Shown: one piece after another, positions 24,397-35,509 of the stretch | Position numbering within the stretch: the stretch's first letter is position 1 | Layout of the letters: each line of letters opens with the position of its first letter | Source of the DNA: an uncultured Alphaproteobacteria bacterium | Lineage (GTDB): Bacteria; Pseudomonadota; Alphaproteobacteria; HIMB59; GCA-002718135 | Assembly: GCA_902602515.1 (NCBI GenBank) | Contig: CACKRG010000002.1 | Coordinates: forward strand, 115,761 to 179,760 | Direction of reading: 5' to 3' | Length of the DNA stretch: 64,000 bases | Made by a program: the position numbers and the translations under genes | Notes under the pieces: generated by a model | Told to the model about the DNA's origin: nothing | What the model saw: the letters and a program-made list of their open reading frames with translations, nothing else | Databases searched by the model: none

Positions 24397-25446
24397 ATGA
24401 AAAAAGAACTATTAATGGGAACTGCTCTAGTGTCAACATTAGGTGCTGCTTCAGTAGCTGAAGCTGTAACTGCGACTATGAGTGGTAACCACCAAACTGG
24501 TATCGAGTTTGAGTCTGTTTCTGGCGGAACTGATCAAAGATACCAAAGAAATGATAACAATTTTACTGTATCATTATCTGAAACTACTGATGCTGGTATG
24601 ACAATTTCATCTAGCTTCATGCTTGTTAACGAAGCAAGTACTGGTGGTGGTGATGGTGATGGTGATGCTGGTTTCACTTTAGCATTTACTGATGGATCTA
24701 AATTAGATTTAATCAATGCTGGTAACGCTTCTTCATCTCACGATATCTCTGTACCAAGCTCTGCTGGTGCTGAAGGTATTACTACTGCAACTACTAACAA
24801 TGCTGCAACAGGTCTTGATATCTATGGTAACAGCACTGTATTTGGATTTGAATACCACACTGCTGCAGACTTCCTAATGGATGGTCTTTCAGTGTCTGTA
24901 TCAGCTTCAACTGATGATGGTGCAAACAATGGTTCAACTTATGGTATTGATGACCATATGGCTATTGGTGCAACATATGTTACTGATATGGGTGACTCTG
25001 CTGTAACTGTCGGTATGGGTTATTCTGCAACTGGAGGTGCTAAAACTGGAACTCAGATGACTAACGACGAAGGTGGTATCCACTTTGGTATTAGTGCTGT
25101 GACTGGCGACTTAACTGTTGCTGTTGCTTTTGCTGACGGTGATAGTATTGAACAAACTAACACAGTTCAATCAGACAGTGATTATATGGCTGCTGGTGTG
25201 AAATATGTGTCTGGTGACCTAACGTTTAACGTTGGTATGTCTTCTGGAACTTCAAAAGATAGTATGACTATTGGTACTGCAGGTACAACTGAAGACTCAG
25301 AGGATACTACTTCTGCAAGTGTATCTTATGCAGTTGCATCAGGTGTAACAGCTATTCTTGGCTTCTCTAATACAGATGCTGAAGATGAAGGTGCTGCTTC
25401 TACTGATGGATCAGCTTGGTACATTGGTGCTAACATGTCATTCTAA
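24397..25446 (+). CDS. Outer-membrane porin (beta-barrel)
   Basis: Signal peptide ending in AEA|V. Gly/Thr/Ser/Asp-rich alternating strands. C-terminal aromatic signature (AWYIGANMSF). Strong Shine-Dalgarno sequence and a strong terminator. Visibly higher G+C and different codon usage from its neighbours. Confidence 0.7.
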   Translation: MKKELLMGTALVSTLGAASVAEAVTATMSGNHQTGIEFESVSGGTDQRYQRNDNNFTVSLSETTDAGMTISSSFMLVNEASTGGGDGDGDAGFTLAFTDGSKLDLINAGNASSSHDISVPSSAGAEGITTATTNNAATGLDIYGNSTVFGFEYHTAADFLMDGLSVSVSASTDDGANNGSTYGIDDHMAIGATYVTDMGDSAVTVGMGYSATGGAKTGTQMTNDEGGIHFGISAVTGDLTVAVAFADGDSIEQTNTVQSDSDYMAAGVKYVSGDLTFNVGMSSGTSKDSMTIGTAGTTEDSEDTTSASVSYAVASGVTAILGFSNTDAEDEGAASTDGSAWYIGANMSF

Positions 25447-25465
25447 TAAGATAATTTTTTATCTT

Positions 25466-25500
25466 AAAAACGGCACTATTTTTAATAGTGCCGTTTTTTT
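25466..25500 (+). terminator. Rho-independent terminator of the porin gene
   Basis: AAAAACGGCACTATT-TTT-AATAGTGCCGTTTTTTT: a 10-bp GC-containing stem followed by a T-run. Confidence 0.85.
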
Positions 25501-25540
25501 ATGTTTTACTTTTCAGTTTCGATACAATAATTAACATATA

Positions 25541-26152
25541 ATGTTTATTGGTAAGTTAATACTAGTTCTAATATCAGCTATTTTTTTGTCATCATGTAAT
25601 AGTGGTAAAACAGATGAAGAGATGGAAGAACTTTGGTCTAAAGCTCAGACAACTGGTAAAATTATAGAACGCTCAGGAACAAAGTTTAATTCTGGTTTAA
25701 ATAAAGAAAGAGCCCTTCGTGATGCTGAAACGCGACTTCAAACAGGGGGTGGTTTATTTGGCAAAAAAGGACTTTCTATTGGTGATATTATGAACCCAGG
25801 AGCAGAACAAAATAATAATAACGTTGGAACCATTGCTATGTCAATTAATACATTTCTCTGGCAGGGTGCCTTAGACACAGTTAGCTTTATGCCTTTAAAT
25901 TCTGCAGATCCTATAGGCGGTACTATAATTACAGACTGGTACTCTACAAGTAATAACCCTGATGAGCGGTGTAAATTAAACATATATATTTCTGGATCTG
26001 AGCTTAAAACTCAAAATCTTAAAGTGGCCTCTTTTTGCCAAGAATACATAAACCAAAGATGGATTAATGTAGATGTTAAGGATGATAATAATATTAAACT
26101 TGAGAATGCAATATTAAACAAAGCAAAAAAATTAAAATTACAACTAAGTTAA
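25541..26152 (+). CDS. Lipoprotein of unknown function
   Basis: Lipobox FLSSC at aa 15-19. Position upstream of leuS resembles a conserved alphaproteobacterial lipoprotein family; this is from memory and unverified. Confidence 0.55.
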   Translation: MFIGKLILVLISAIFLSSCNSGKTDEEMEELWSKAQTTGKIIERSGTKFNSGLNKERALRDAETRLQTGGGLFGKKGLSIGDIMNPGAEQNNNNVGTIAMSINTFLWQGALDTVSFMPLNSADPIGGTIITDWYSTSNNPDERCKLNIYISGSELKTQNLKVASFCQEYINQRWINVDVKDDNNIKLENAILNKAKKLKLQLS

Positions 26153-26154
26153 AA

Positions 26155-28668
26155 GTGTCATCAAGATACAATCATAAAATAGTAGAAAATAAGTGGCAGC
26201 AAGTTTGGGAAAAACAAGCTGTATTTTCACCAGAAAAAAATTCTAAGAAAAAGAAGTTTTATGTTTTAGAAATGTTTCCATACCCTTCTGGAAAAATTCA
26301 CATGGGGCATGTAAGAAATTATACATTGGGAGATGTAGTTGCTAGATATAAAATAATGAAAGGATATAATGTATTGCACCCAATGGGTTGGGATGCGTTT
26401 GGTTTGCCTGCTGAAAACGCAGCAATGAATGAAAAGAAGGCCCCAGATGAATGGACTTATAAAAATATAGACACAATGAAAAGTCAGTTATTACAAATGG
26501 GATTATCATTGGACTGGAGCAGGGAAATAGCAACTTGTCATCCAGATTACTATAAGCATGAACAAAAATTTTTTATCGATATGTTCAAGGCTGGTCTTGC
26601 ATACAAAAAAGAGGCAGAGGTTAATTGGGATCCAGTTGATAAAACAGTTTTAGCAAATGAACAGGTCATAGACGGAAAAGGATGGAGATCAGGTGCCATT
26701 GTAGAAAAAAAGAAATTATCTCAATGGTTTTTGAAAATTAGTAATTATTCAGAAGAGCTTTTGAATGATTTAGAAAAACTAAATAACTGGCCTAATAAAG
26801 TAAAAATAATGCAATCTAATTGGATTGGAAAATCTACAGGAGCAGAAATCGATTTTGAAGTATTAAATAGTAGCAATAAAATTAAAATTTTTACAACAAG
26901 GCCAGATACAATCTATGGAGCTACATTCTTAGCATTGTCAACAGATCATCCGTTTACAACAGAATTATTAAAACAAAATAGTGATATAAAAAGTTTTATT
27001 GAAAGCTGTAAAAAATTAAATCCTGATAAAATAAAAAGGGGGTTCGATACAAAATATTTCGCAAAACACCCATTTATAAAAGATAAAAAAATTCCAATTT
27101 TTATAGCAAATTTTGTTTTGACTGAATATGGTTTGGGAGCAATATTTGGATGTCCTGCACATGATGAAAGGGATTTAGAATTTGCAAAAGAATATAATTT
27201 GGAGATTATTACAGTAGTAAAACCAATTACTCATAAAGATGAAGATTTTAGAATAGAAAATAGTGCTTTTACTGGTGATGGAGTTGTTATTAACTCAGAT
27301 AAATTAAATGGTTTAACAACAAAAGATGCAAAAAAACAAATAATAAACACATTGGAAGAAAGTAAAATTGGTAAGAAAAAAATTAATTACAAATTAAGAG
27401 ATTGGGGTATTTCAAGACAAAGGTTTTGGGGTTGTCCAATACCGATTATATATAGAGAAGATGGTGAAATAATTGCAGTTAGTGAAAAAAATTTACCTGT
27501 TAAACTACCTGATCTCAAAAGTTTTGATGAAAAGTCTAGCACTTTGAATAATATAGATGGGTGGAAAGAAACAATTTGCGAAGAAACTGGTATGAAAGCA
27601 ATAAGAGAAACAGACACATTTGATACTTTTTTTGAATCATCATGGTACTATTTCAGATATTGTAATGCTAGGTCTGACAAACCGTTTGAAAAAGATGATA
27701 TAAATTACTGGCTACCTGTTGACCAATATATAGGTGGAATTGAACATGCCATTCTACATTTATTATATTCGAGATTTTTTACCAAAGTATTAAGAGATTT
27801 AAATTATTTTGATTTAAGCGAGCCCTTTAAAGGTTTGTTCACTCAAGGCATGGTTACTCACCAGACATTTAAAAACAATAAAAATGAATGGATAGAACCA
27901 AATCAAGTTGAAAAGATAAATGATGAATATTTTGATAAAGATGGAAAAAAAGTTTCTAGTGGTAAAATAGAAAAAATGAGTAAATCTAAAAAAAACGTAA
28001 TTGACCCAAATGACATAATTAATTTATATGGTGCAGATACAGCTAGATGGTTTATGCTTTCGGATAGCCCGCCTGAAAGAGATTTACAGTGGACTGATAC
28101 CGGTATAGCGGCTTCCTATAAATTTATAAATAAGCTTTGGGATTTAGTGGAAAAATATAAAGACTATTCATACTTAGATGATACAAAAAAAACATCTATA
28201 GAAGATTTTAAAACACTAATTAACAATGTAGCTACAAATATAGAGAATTTTCAATTTAATAAATCTGTAGCTAACATATATGAATATGTAAATTTACTTA
28301 ATGAAAAAATAAATAAAAAAGAATTAAATAAATCAAACTTCAAATATTTAATCGAAAGGTTGTCGTTAATTTTACAACCTTTTATTCCGCATATAAGTGA
28401 AGAAATTTGGTCAAGTTTAAAGAATGAAAATTTGTGTATTAATCAAGAATGGCCTGTGGAGAAGGTTGTTCAAACAAATATTAAAATAAACATCGCAGTT
28501 CAAATTAATGGTAAAACTAGACATATTATTGAAGTAGATAAAAATATTAATAAAGATATGGTTATAAAAAAAATTAAAGACAATGAAAAAATAAAGAAAT
28601 ATTTAACAGATCAAAATATTCAAAAAGAAATATATGTTCCAGGCAAAATACTTAATTTTGTATTATAA
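26155..28668 (+). CDS. leuS: Leucyl-tRNA synthetase
   Basis: GTG start. HMGH ([13 protein letters not shown]) and KMSKS motifs. 837 aa. Confidence 0.96.
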   Translation: MSSRYNHKIVENKWQQVWEKQAVFSPEKNSKKKKFYVLEMFPYPSGKIHMGHVRNYTLGDVVARYKIMKGYNVLHPMGWDAFGLPAENAAMNEKKAPDEWTYKNIDTMKSQLLQMGLSLDWSREIATCHPDYYKHEQKFFIDMFKAGLAYKKEAEVNWDPVDKTVLANEQVIDGKGWRSGAIVEKKKLSQWFLKISNYSEELLNDLEKLNNWPNKVKIMQSNWIGKSTGAEIDFEVLNSSNKIKIFTTRPDTIYGATFLALSTDHPFTTELLKQNSDIKSFIESCKKLNPDKIKRGFDTKYFAKHPFIKDKKIPIFIANFVLTEYGLGAIFGCPAHDERDLEFAKEYNLEIITVVKPITHKDEDFRIENSAFTGDGVVINSDKLNGLTTKDAKKQIINTLEESKIGKKKINYKLRDWGISRQRFWGCPIPIIYREDGEIIAVSEKNLPVKLPDLKSFDEKSSTLNNIDGWKETICEETGMKAIRETDTFDTFFESSWYYFRYCNARSDKPFEKDDINYWLPVDQYIGGIEHAILHLLYSRFFTKVLRDLNYFDLSEPFKGLFTQGMVTHQTFKNNKNEWIEPNQVEKINDEYFDKDGKKVSSGKIEKMSKSKKNVIDPNDIINLYGADTARWFMLSDSPPERDLQWTDTGIAASYKFINKLWDLVEKYKDYSYLDDTKKTSIEDFKTLINNVATNIENFQFNKSVANIYEYVNLLNEKINKKELNKSNFKYLIERLSLILQPFIPHISEEIWSSLKNENLCINQEWPVEKVVQTNIKINIAVQINGKTRHIIEVDKNINKDMVIKKIKDNEKIKKYLTDQNIQKEIYVPGKILNFVL

Positions 28669-29168
28669 TGTTCTATAAAAGTTTTTTTATTTTATTTTTA
28701 ACATTTTTATATTCATGTAGTGGTATAGAATTTGTTTACAACGATAATTATAATTTAAATAACCCGCTATATAATAAAACAAACATAAAATTTGAAGGTG
28801 CTGAAAACCCATCTTTTTATCAATATTCATCTAGATATTTTGGACAGGATAAAGAAAATATTTATGAATTAAATATAAAAATAAATGAAGAAAAAACTAA
28901 GAGAGCCGTGCAAACTAACCAAGCTATATCAAAGCTTGATTATAAATTAACATATAGTTATGAGCTTTTTAATAATACGAAAAAATGTTTTGTACTTAAA
29001 AAGAATATAACTTCAAGATTTTCAATAGAGCCAAAATCTTCTGGGTATAATTTTGGTTCAGATCAATCACTTCAACGCCTTTATGAGTTATCAACTAAAA
29101 ATAATTTTCAACAATTTATTTCTTTCTTGGATGAAATAAACCTAAAGAAATGTTTGAATGAAAGCTGA
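28668..29168 (+). CDS. lptE: LPS-assembly lipoprotein LptE (probable)
   Basis: Lipobox FLYSC and the conserved leuS-lptE-holA order. Confidence 0.65.
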   Translation: MFYKSFFILFLTFLYSCSGIEFVYNDNYNLNNPLYNKTNIKFEGAENPSFYQYSSRYFGQDKENIYELNIKINEEKTKRAVQTNQAISKLDYKLTYSYELFNNTKKCFVLKKNITSRFSIEPKSSGYNFGSDQSLQRLYELSTKNNFQQFISFLDEINLKKCLNES

Positions 29169-30096
29169 TCCAATAAACTTAATTTTAAATAGAAATATTA
29201 ATATAGACAAAAGTTTTTATTTTATTTCAGGTAATGAAATAACACTTATGAATAAAATTAAAAATTTATTGATTGATGCTGCTAAATCTAATGGGACATA
29301 CAATATTGAAAGAATAAAAAAAATTAGCTTAAAAACTGATAGTGCCGGTCTTTTCAGTAAACAAAAAGTATTCATTGTAAGTGATATAGCTGATGCCAAT
29401 GAAGCTGCGCTTGATAAGCTAGCAAATAATAAGGATGTTTTTATTTTTTTTCAAGAGAACTCACCCAAAAACAAGGCTCTAAAAAACCTTCTTGTCAAAA
29501 GAAATGATAGTTATTTATTTGATTGTTATGAGCTAACAAAAGAAATGAAATCAAGGCTTCTGTCAAACGAACTTAGCATGGCAACAATCAACCTTAATAA
29601 AGATCTGTTCTGGCAAATTATCGAGATACTAGATGATAAGTATATGTTTTTTGAAAACGAATTGGAAAAGATAAAAGCTCTTAAAAATACCACATTAAGT
29701 CATGAGCTAATAAAGAAAATTATTTCAAGAAACAGCACTGGTGTTGAAAAGTTATTTTTTAATTTATTTCAAGATAATGCTAAAATAATCAACGATTATA
29801 ACCTTAGAATATCTACCCCGTCTGATGTGAATTACTTATACTATATTATTAGGCAATACTCATTTTTAATAATTGGCAGTGATAATGAAAAGGATTTTGA
29901 ACAAAATATTCCAAAATATTTGTTTCGTGAAAAAGGTTTTTTAATTAAGTTATTTAGAAGTTATAGCACAAATAAAAAAAAGCTTTTGTTGAAATTGCTT
30001 TTTAAAACTGAAAGGGCAATAAAACAAAATAATCAGGTATCTTTTTTGCTTGGTTTGAGAATGTTATTGAGTTTTAAAAAAATATCTATTTCTTAA
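29158..30096 (+). CDS. holA: DNA polymerase III delta subunit (probable)
   Basis: Size and synteny after leuS-lptE. The sequence signal readable by eye is weak. Confidence 0.6.
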   Translation: MKADPINLILNRNINIDKSFYFISGNEITLMNKIKNLLIDAAKSNGTYNIERIKKISLKTDSAGLFSKQKVFIVSDIADANEAALDKLANNKDVFIFFQENSPKNKALKNLLVKRNDSYLFDCYELTKEMKSRLLSNELSMATINLNKDLFWQIIEILDDKYMFFENELEKIKALKNTTLSHELIKKIISRNSTGVEKLFFNLFQDNAKIINDYNLRISTPSDVNYLYYIIRQYSFLIIGSDNEKDFEQNIPKYLFREKGFLIKLFRSYSTNKKKLLLKLLFKTERAIKQNNQVSFLLGLRMLLSFKKISIS

Positions 30097-30910
30097 GTCT
30101 TTTCATTATTTCATCTAGTTGATTAAGATCACTATAATAGAGAGTTAGTGAACCTGAGGACCCACTTTCATTAAATTGTATTGAGGTTTTTAAACCTATT
30201 TTATTTGAAAGCTCTTTTTCAAGATCTTGAATGTTGGGATCTTTTACATTATTTGATTTTTTTGTTTTTTTAAACTTAGATGTTATTTTTTCAACTTCTC
30301 TAACGCTTAAATTTTTTTTAACTATCTCTTTTGCTTTTTCATATGAGTTGGGGACGCCTATTAGAGCTCTAGCATGACCCATGCTAAGTTGATTATTAAT
30401 AACCATATCTTGTATTTTTATATCAAGTTCCAACAATCTCAGTATGTTTGATACATGACTGGCGCTCTTTCCAATAATTTTGGCCAGAGTTTCATTGTTT
30501 ATTTTTTTTAGCTGAATCAAACCTTTATAAGCATTTGCTTCTTCAATAACATTTAAATCTTCTCTTTGTATATTTTCTATTAAAGCAGATTCTAGAACTT
30601 CGGTGTCTTGAAGTTCTTTAACTACACAGTCTAACTCATGCAAACCAGCTAGTTGTGAAGCTCTCCACCGTCTTTCACCAGCAACTATTTGGTATTGATC
30701 ATTTTCTGTATTTCTTACAATTATTGGTTGTATTAATCCCTGATTTTTAATTGATGTAGCAAGCTCTCCTAGATTATCATCATTAAAGTGTTTTCTCGGC
30801 TGAGTTGGATTGGGTTGTATCTGAGAGATATTAATTTTTTGGACTCCTTTGTTTTTAGGGGTGGATAATAAAGCTCCTAATCCCATTCCTAGTTTGTTGT
30901 CTTTATTCAT
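30086..30910 (-). CDS. parB: Chromosome partitioning protein ParB
   Basis: PIIVR...YQIVAGERRWRAS (ParB box) and an HTH (ETLAKIIGKSASHVSNILRLL). Confidence 0.92.
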   Translation of the reverse strand: MNKDNKLGMGLGALLSTPKNKGVQKINISQIQPNPTQPRKHFNDDNLGELATSIKNQGLIQPIIVRNTENDQYQIVAGERRWRASQLAGLHELDCVVKELQDTEVLESALIENIQREDLNVIEEANAYKGLIQLKKINNETLAKIIGKSASHVSNILRLLELDIKIQDMVINNQLSMGHARALIGVPNSYEKAKEIVKKNLSVREVEKITSKFKKTKKSNNVKDPNIQDLEKELSNKIGLKTSIQFNESGSSGSLTLYYSDLNQLDEIMKRLKK

Positions 30911-30911
30911 T

Positions 30912-31676
30912 TTATTTATTTTGGTTCAAAATTACTTCTTTTGCAAGCTCAATATAAGCTAATGAGCCTGCGGCTTGTGTATCATATACTAATGCTGGTT
31001 TACCATGACTTGGTGCTTCTGATATTTTTACATTTCGTGGAATGGTTGTTTTGTAAACCTGATCTCCAAAGTGTTCTCTTACATCACTTTCTACCAAAGT
31101 ACTTAATGAATTTCTTTTGTCTAACATTGTTAACAAAATGCCCTCAATTTTTAAATTTCTATTAAAGTTTTGCTGTATTAAATTTATTGTTTGAACCAGA
31201 GCTGAGAGACCCTCAAGAGCAAAAAACTCAGACTGAAGTGGTATGAGCGTAGTATCAGAGGCAACCAAAGAATTTATTGTTAACAAACCCAAAGCAGGGG
31301 GACAATCTATAAAGATAAAATCGAAATTATCAATACCGCTCAATATTGTTTTAAATACATATTCTCTATTTTCAAAATTAGTAAGCTCAACTTCCGCAGC
31401 AGCTAAGTCAGTATTGGCACCAATTATTTTTAGACCTGGAATAATTGTTTCTTTTATACCTTCTTTAATCAGTTTTTTGCTGTGTATCATTTCATAAATT
31501 GATGGTTTCCTATCATTATAAGATATTCCTAGTCCAGTACTTGCGTTTCCTTGGGGGTCTGCATCAATAATAAGTACGTTTTTTTTTACTGCGGCCAATG
31601 ATGTGGCTAAATTTATTGTGGTTGTTGTTTTTCCTACACCGCCTTTTTGGTTTGAAATTGAAATAATTTTTTTCAT
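30912..31676 (-). CDS. parA: Chromosome partitioning ATPase ParA
   Basis: Deviant Walker A (NQKGGVGKTTT). 254 aa. Confidence 0.92.
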   Translation of the reverse strand: MKKIISISNQKGGVGKTTTTINLATSLAAVKKNVLIIDADPQGNASTGLGISYNDRKPSIYEMIHSKKLIKEGIKETIIPGLKIIGANTDLAAAEVELTNFENREYVFKTILSGIDNFDFIFIDCPPALGLLTINSLVASDTTLIPLQSEFFALEGLSALVQTINLIQQNFNRNLKIEGILLTMLDKRNSLSTLVESDVREHFGDQVYKTTIPRNVKISEAPSHGKPALVYDTQAAGSLAYIELAKEVILNQNK

Positions 31677-32278
31677 AACTTAGTAAATTTATTTATTTTT
31701 AACACAAATCCATTGCCTTCACTTTTACTTGGAAAAAGATCATAACAAAATCTAAAATTTTTTTTTGCATCTTCAATTTCTTTTTTAACATTTCTTCCTT
31801 TAAGGAAAAGTAGTGATGTATTTTTTTTTGTAAAAAAAAGTGAATAATCTAGTATTTTTGATAAAGGAGCAAAGGCTCTACAAATAATAAAATCAAATTT
31901 TTGATTTTTAATTTTCTCAACCCTAGAACAAATAGTTTTGATATGAATTTTTTGTTGGATTGCAAATTCTTTAATAAAGTTAATTTTTTTTATTTTTGAG
32001 TCTATGAGCACAATGTTTGTATAACCAATCATAGATAATATCAAACCTGGTAAACCAGCTCCAGTTCCTAAATCAATAATTGATGAGTTTTTTTTTAAAA
32101 TAAACTCAGCTAACTGCAAAGAATCATTAATATGTCTGTCCCAAGCGATGTCAATTGTGGATGGTCCTACTAAATTGTGCTTCATATTACTTTCTTTTAA
32201 TTTTTGGATATAATTATCGATTAAAATAATTTCTCTTTTTTGAAGATTATAATTTTTTATAATTTGAGCTTTGTCCAA
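31673..32278 (-). CDS. rsmG: 16S rRNA m7G527 methyltransferase RsmG (GidB)
   Basis: SAM motif DLGTGAGLPG and position between parA and mnmG. Confidence 0.85.
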   Translation of the reverse strand: MDKAQIIKNYNLQKREIILIDNYIQKLKESNMKHNLVGPSTIDIAWDRHINDSLQLAEFILKKNSSIIDLGTGAGLPGLILSMIGYTNIVLIDSKIKKINFIKEFAIQQKIHIKTICSRVEKIKNQKFDFIICRAFAPLSKILDYSLFFTKKNTSLLFLKGRNVKKEIEDAKKNFRFCYDLFPSKSEGNGFVLKINKFTKL

Positions 32279-32279
32279 C

Positions 32280-34151
32280 TTATGCAGCTTTTTTATTCTT
32301 ATTTTTTTTAATATATCTTAAGAGTGCAATTATTGCTGCCGGGGTTACACCAGATATTCTTGAAGCAGCTCCAAGTGTTGGTGGTTTAATTTTAAATAGT
32401 TTTTCTATGATTTCATTTGAAAGACTTCCAACCAGTTTGTAATTCGTAGATCTGGGAATTATTAAATTTTCTTCTTTTTCAAAATCTTTAATATCCATTT
32501 TTTGTCTATCAAGATATCCAGCGTATTTTGCTTCTATTTCAATTTGTTCAATCACATCGTCTTCCAAACTATTTAACTCTGGAATAATTTTTCTCAGTCT
32601 TAATGTTGTAATATTTGAAAAAGATAAAAGGTCTAAAACATCTCTTTTCTTTCCATCTTTATTGATTTTTATACCTTTTTTGATCAACGCATCAGGTGAA
32701 AACTTAAAACTTTTAGCTAACTTAAATCCTTCTGCTATTCTTTTTGATCTTTTTTCAAAAAGTTTTTGTCTGTTCATGCTTACACAGCCTATGTTAATTC
32801 CCATGGGTGTTAACCTTAAGTCAGCATTATCAGCCCTCAGTAAAAGCCTGTGTTCAGATCTTGATGTAAACATCCGATATGGTTCTTTTGTGCCTTTCAT
32901 AACTAGATCATCTATTAAAACTCCAATATAGCCTGATGATCTTGGTATTATAAACTCTTTATTCGATGTTGTTTTAAGTGAGGCATTTATACCAGCTACT
33001 ATTCCTTGTGCAGCAGCCTCCTCATATCCGGTAGTTCCGTTGATTTGGCCTGCAAAAAATAGATTGCTTATCTTTTTAGTTTCAAGTGTGTGTGTAAGCT
33101 CTTGGGGGTCTACAAAATCGTATTCAATAGCATATGCGGGTTGCGTAATAATAACATTTTCTAAACCTTTAATAGTTTTTACAAATTTTTCTTGGATATT
33201 TGTAGGTAGTGATGACGAAATACCATTTGGATATATCAAGTCACTATCTAAACCTTCTGGCTCCAAAAAGATTTGGTGGGATGATTTATTTTTAAATTTA
33301 TAAACCTTATCTTCTATTGATGGACAGTATCTTGCCCCCATTGATTGAATTTCACCTGAATACATTGGTGACAAACCTAAGTTCTGTTTGATAATTTTGT
33401 GAGTTTTGCTGTTGGTGTGGGTTATAAAACATGGTATTTGGGAAATGTGGATATCTCTGTTGATAAAAGAAAATGGAATTAATTTTTTATCAGGCTGTTG
33501 TTCGGTTAAGTTATTGAAATTTATAGATTTTTTTAGTAATCTGGGAGGTGTTCCTGTCTTTAATCTGCCTATTGAAAACTTTAGTTCTTTGAGCCTTTTT
33601 GCGAGTTTAATTGATGGTTTATCTCCAACTCTTCCTGCTTCTTGCTTTTTCGAACCAATTCTAATTAAGCCTTTTAAAAAGGTTCCAGTTGTTAAGACAA
33701 CAGATTTTGCTCTTATTTTTTTATTGTCTTCTAATATTACCCCAACCACTTTAGAACTTGATACAATTAAATCTTCAACAGAAGCCTCAATAATTTTTAG
33801 ATTTTTTTGACCATTAACAAACTCATTTATTGCTTTTTTGTAGAGAGTTCTGTCTGTTTGAGCTCTTGGACCCCTGACAGCAGCACCCCTACTGGAATTT
33901 AACATTCTAAATTGAATGCATGACCTATCTGTTGCTTTTGCCATAATTCCATCTAAGGCATCAATTTCCTTAACTAAATGACCTTTTCCCAGGCCTCCAA
34001 TAGCTGGGTTACATGACATTTCACCTATTTTTTCTATATTATGAGTTATTAAGGCAGTTTTTGAGCCAATTCTCGCAGAAGAACAGGCTGCTTCTACGCC
34101 TGCATGCCCGCCCCCTATTACAACAACATCAAAATCATTTTTCATTTTCAC
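32280..34151 (-). CDS. mnmG: tRNA uridine 5-carboxymethylaminomethyl modification enzyme MnmG (GidA)
   Basis: [17 protein letters not shown] fold. 623 aa. The track start is GTG at 34151; ATG at 34145 is an alternative. Confidence 0.95.
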   Translation of the reverse strand: MKMKNDFDVVVIGGGHAGVEAACSSARIGSKTALITHNIEKIGEMSCNPAIGGLGKGHLVKEIDALDGIMAKATDRSCIQFRMLNSSRGAAVRGPRAQTDRTLYKKAINEFVNGQKNLKIIEASVEDLIVSSSKVVGVILEDNKKIRAKSVVLTTGTFLKGLIRIGSKKQEAGRVGDKPSIKLAKRLKELKFSIGRLKTGTPPRLLKKSINFNNLTEQQPDKKLIPFSFINRDIHISQIPCFITHTNSKTHKIIKQNLGLSPMYSGEIQSMGARYCPSIEDKVYKFKNKSSHQIFLEPEGLDSDLIYPNGISSSLPTNIQEKFVKTIKGLENVIITQPAYAIEYDFVDPQELTHTLETKKISNLFFAGQINGTTGYEEAAAQGIVAGINASLKTTSNKEFIIPRSSGYIGVLIDDLVMKGTKEPYRMFTSRSEHRLLLRADNADLRLTPMGINIGCVSMNRQKLFEKRSKRIAEGFKLAKSFKFSPDALIKKGIKINKDGKKRDVLDLLSFSNITTLRLRKIIPELNSLEDDVIEQIEIEAKYAGYLDRQKMDIKDFEKEENLIIPRSTNYKLVGSLSNEIIEKLFKIKPPTLGAASRISGVTPAAIIALLRYIKKNKNKKAA

Positions 34152-34157
34152 GTGAAA
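34146..34157. promoter_or_regulatory. parS-like centromere site 1 (core TTTCACGTGAAA)
   Basis: 12-bp perfect palindrome identical to the core of the canonical parS TGTTTCACGTGAAACA. Located at the mnmE stop / mnmG start junction, about 3.2 kb from parB. Confidence 0.55.
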
Positions 34158-35444
34158 TTATTTACCTATACAAAAATCACTAAATATTATATCTAAAATT
34201 TTTTCAATATCAAATTTTTGATTAATTCCATCAATATATATAATTGATCTTCTAATATTTTCAGCAGCAATATCTATTTCTTCAAAATTCATATTTTTAT
34301 GCAATTTTAGGGACTTTTTTAGACTTTCTAGCTGTCTTTCACGTGAAAAGGTTGGGCCGCTTATAGGTTTTTTCTTTAATTTATTTGAAATTTTTTTAAT
34401 AAGCGCTTTAATCCCATGCCCAGTTACTGATGAAATGTTATGAACTCCTCTGGCCTTCTTATTATTTGTATCATATTTTGATTTAACAAATATTTTTGAT
34501 CTTATTTTCTTATAATTGTTTTTTTCATTATTTTCTAAAAAAACTATATTCAAATCAGATTTTTGTGCACTTTCAAGAGATCTCTCAATCCCAATTTTTT
34601 CAATTAAATTCTTATATTTTCTTATTCCAGCAGTGTCGGTAAATGTATATTTATCGCCACCAATCTCCAATGTAGAACTAATTAAATCCGTAGTTGTTCC
34701 AGGAATGCTAGTAACTATAGAAACCTCTTTATGGTTAATATAATTTATAAATGAAGATTTGCCTGTATTGGGCTTGCCAATAATGGTTATGTTGAAGCCG
34801 TCATGTATTTTTTTTGATAAAGATGATTTGATTAAAGTCTTTTCAATTGTTTTACATATGTTCTTATTTTGTTCTCTAATATTTTTATATATTCCAATGG
34901 GCAAGTCATCATCTGCAAAATCTATAATTGCCTCTACATCTGCTAAAAGTTTTTTTAGTTTGTTTGAAAGTTCATTAACAAATTTATCAAGACCACCACT
35001 TAAATTACTAATAGCTGTTTTCCTTTGATTTTCTGTTTCGGCATTAACTAAATCATTAATTGTTTCAGCTTCTAAAACTCCTAACTTATCATTCATCAAG
35101 GCTCTTTTGGTAAACTCACCTGGTTCAGCAAGCCTAATTTTTTTTTTTAGAAAAGTTTTGGTTATTTTGTTAATTACTGAAATACTTCCGTGGCAAGATA
35201 TTTCCACCATATCCTCTCCAGTATAACTTTTTGGAGATTTAAATAATGTTGTTAGTGTTTGATCTATAATATTTTTACTATCTAAAATATTATTTAGTGA
35301 AGCAAAGTTTGTTTTAAATTTCTTTCTTGAGGATATTGATTTTATTATTTTATGAGAGTTTTTTCCTGAAACCCTAAAAACGGCTATGCCTGATTTCCCT
35401 TTTTGTGTAGCAAGAGCAAAGATTGTATCCTTAAATGGTTTCAT
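34158..35444 (-). CDS. mnmE: tRNA modification GTPase MnmE (TrmE)
   Basis: G domain (GKPNTGKSS, DTAG) and C-terminal FCIGK. Confidence 0.92.
   Translation of the reverse strand: MKPFKDTIFALATQKGKSGIAVFRVSGKNSHKIIKSISSRKKFKTNFASLNNILDSKNIIDQTLTTLFKSPKSYTGEDMVEISCHGSISVINKITKTFLKKKIRLAEPGEFTKRALMNDKLGVLEAETINDLVNAETENQRKTAISNLSGGLDKFVNELSNKLKKLLADVEAIIDFADDDLPIGIYKNIREQNKNICKTIEKTLIKSSLSKKIHDGFNITIIGKPNTGKSSFINYINHKEVSIVTSIPGTTTDLISSTLEIGGDKYTFTDTAGIRKYKNLIEKIGIERSLESAQKSDLNIVFLENNEKNNYKKIRSKIFVKSKYDTNNKKARGVHNISSVTGHGIKALIKKISNKLKKKPISGPTFSRERQLESLKKSLKLHKNMNFEEIDIAAENIRRSIIYIDGINQKFDIEKILDIIFSDFCIGK
34337..34348. promoter_or_regulatory. parS-like centromere site 2 (core TTTCACGTGAAA)
   Basis: Second exact copy of the 12-bp palindrome, inside the mnmE coding sequence and 191 bp from site 1. 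Confidence 0.5.
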
Positions 35445-35509
35445 TTTTTGGGAATTAAACCCAAGATTGTATTAAGTAAATAATAAAGATTAAAGAAAAA
35501 AATTTATAT

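Noticed and set aside
33406-33810. Long antisense or out-of-frame ORFs in the track. Examples: 33406-33810, 32662-32931 and 33040-33303 opposite mnmG; 34516-35028 opposite mnmE; 35523-36395 opposite rho; 1644-1844 opposite the GHKL gene; 7264-7500; 58553-59199 within or opposite dnaJ; 61732-61980 inside pyc.
   Set aside because: Each lies entirely inside a much longer ORF with clear conserved-protein signatures on the other strand or frame. Their translations are low-complexity (Ile/Leu/Phe/Ser-rich) with no motifs. Such shadow ORFs are expected opposite AT-rich coding sequence.
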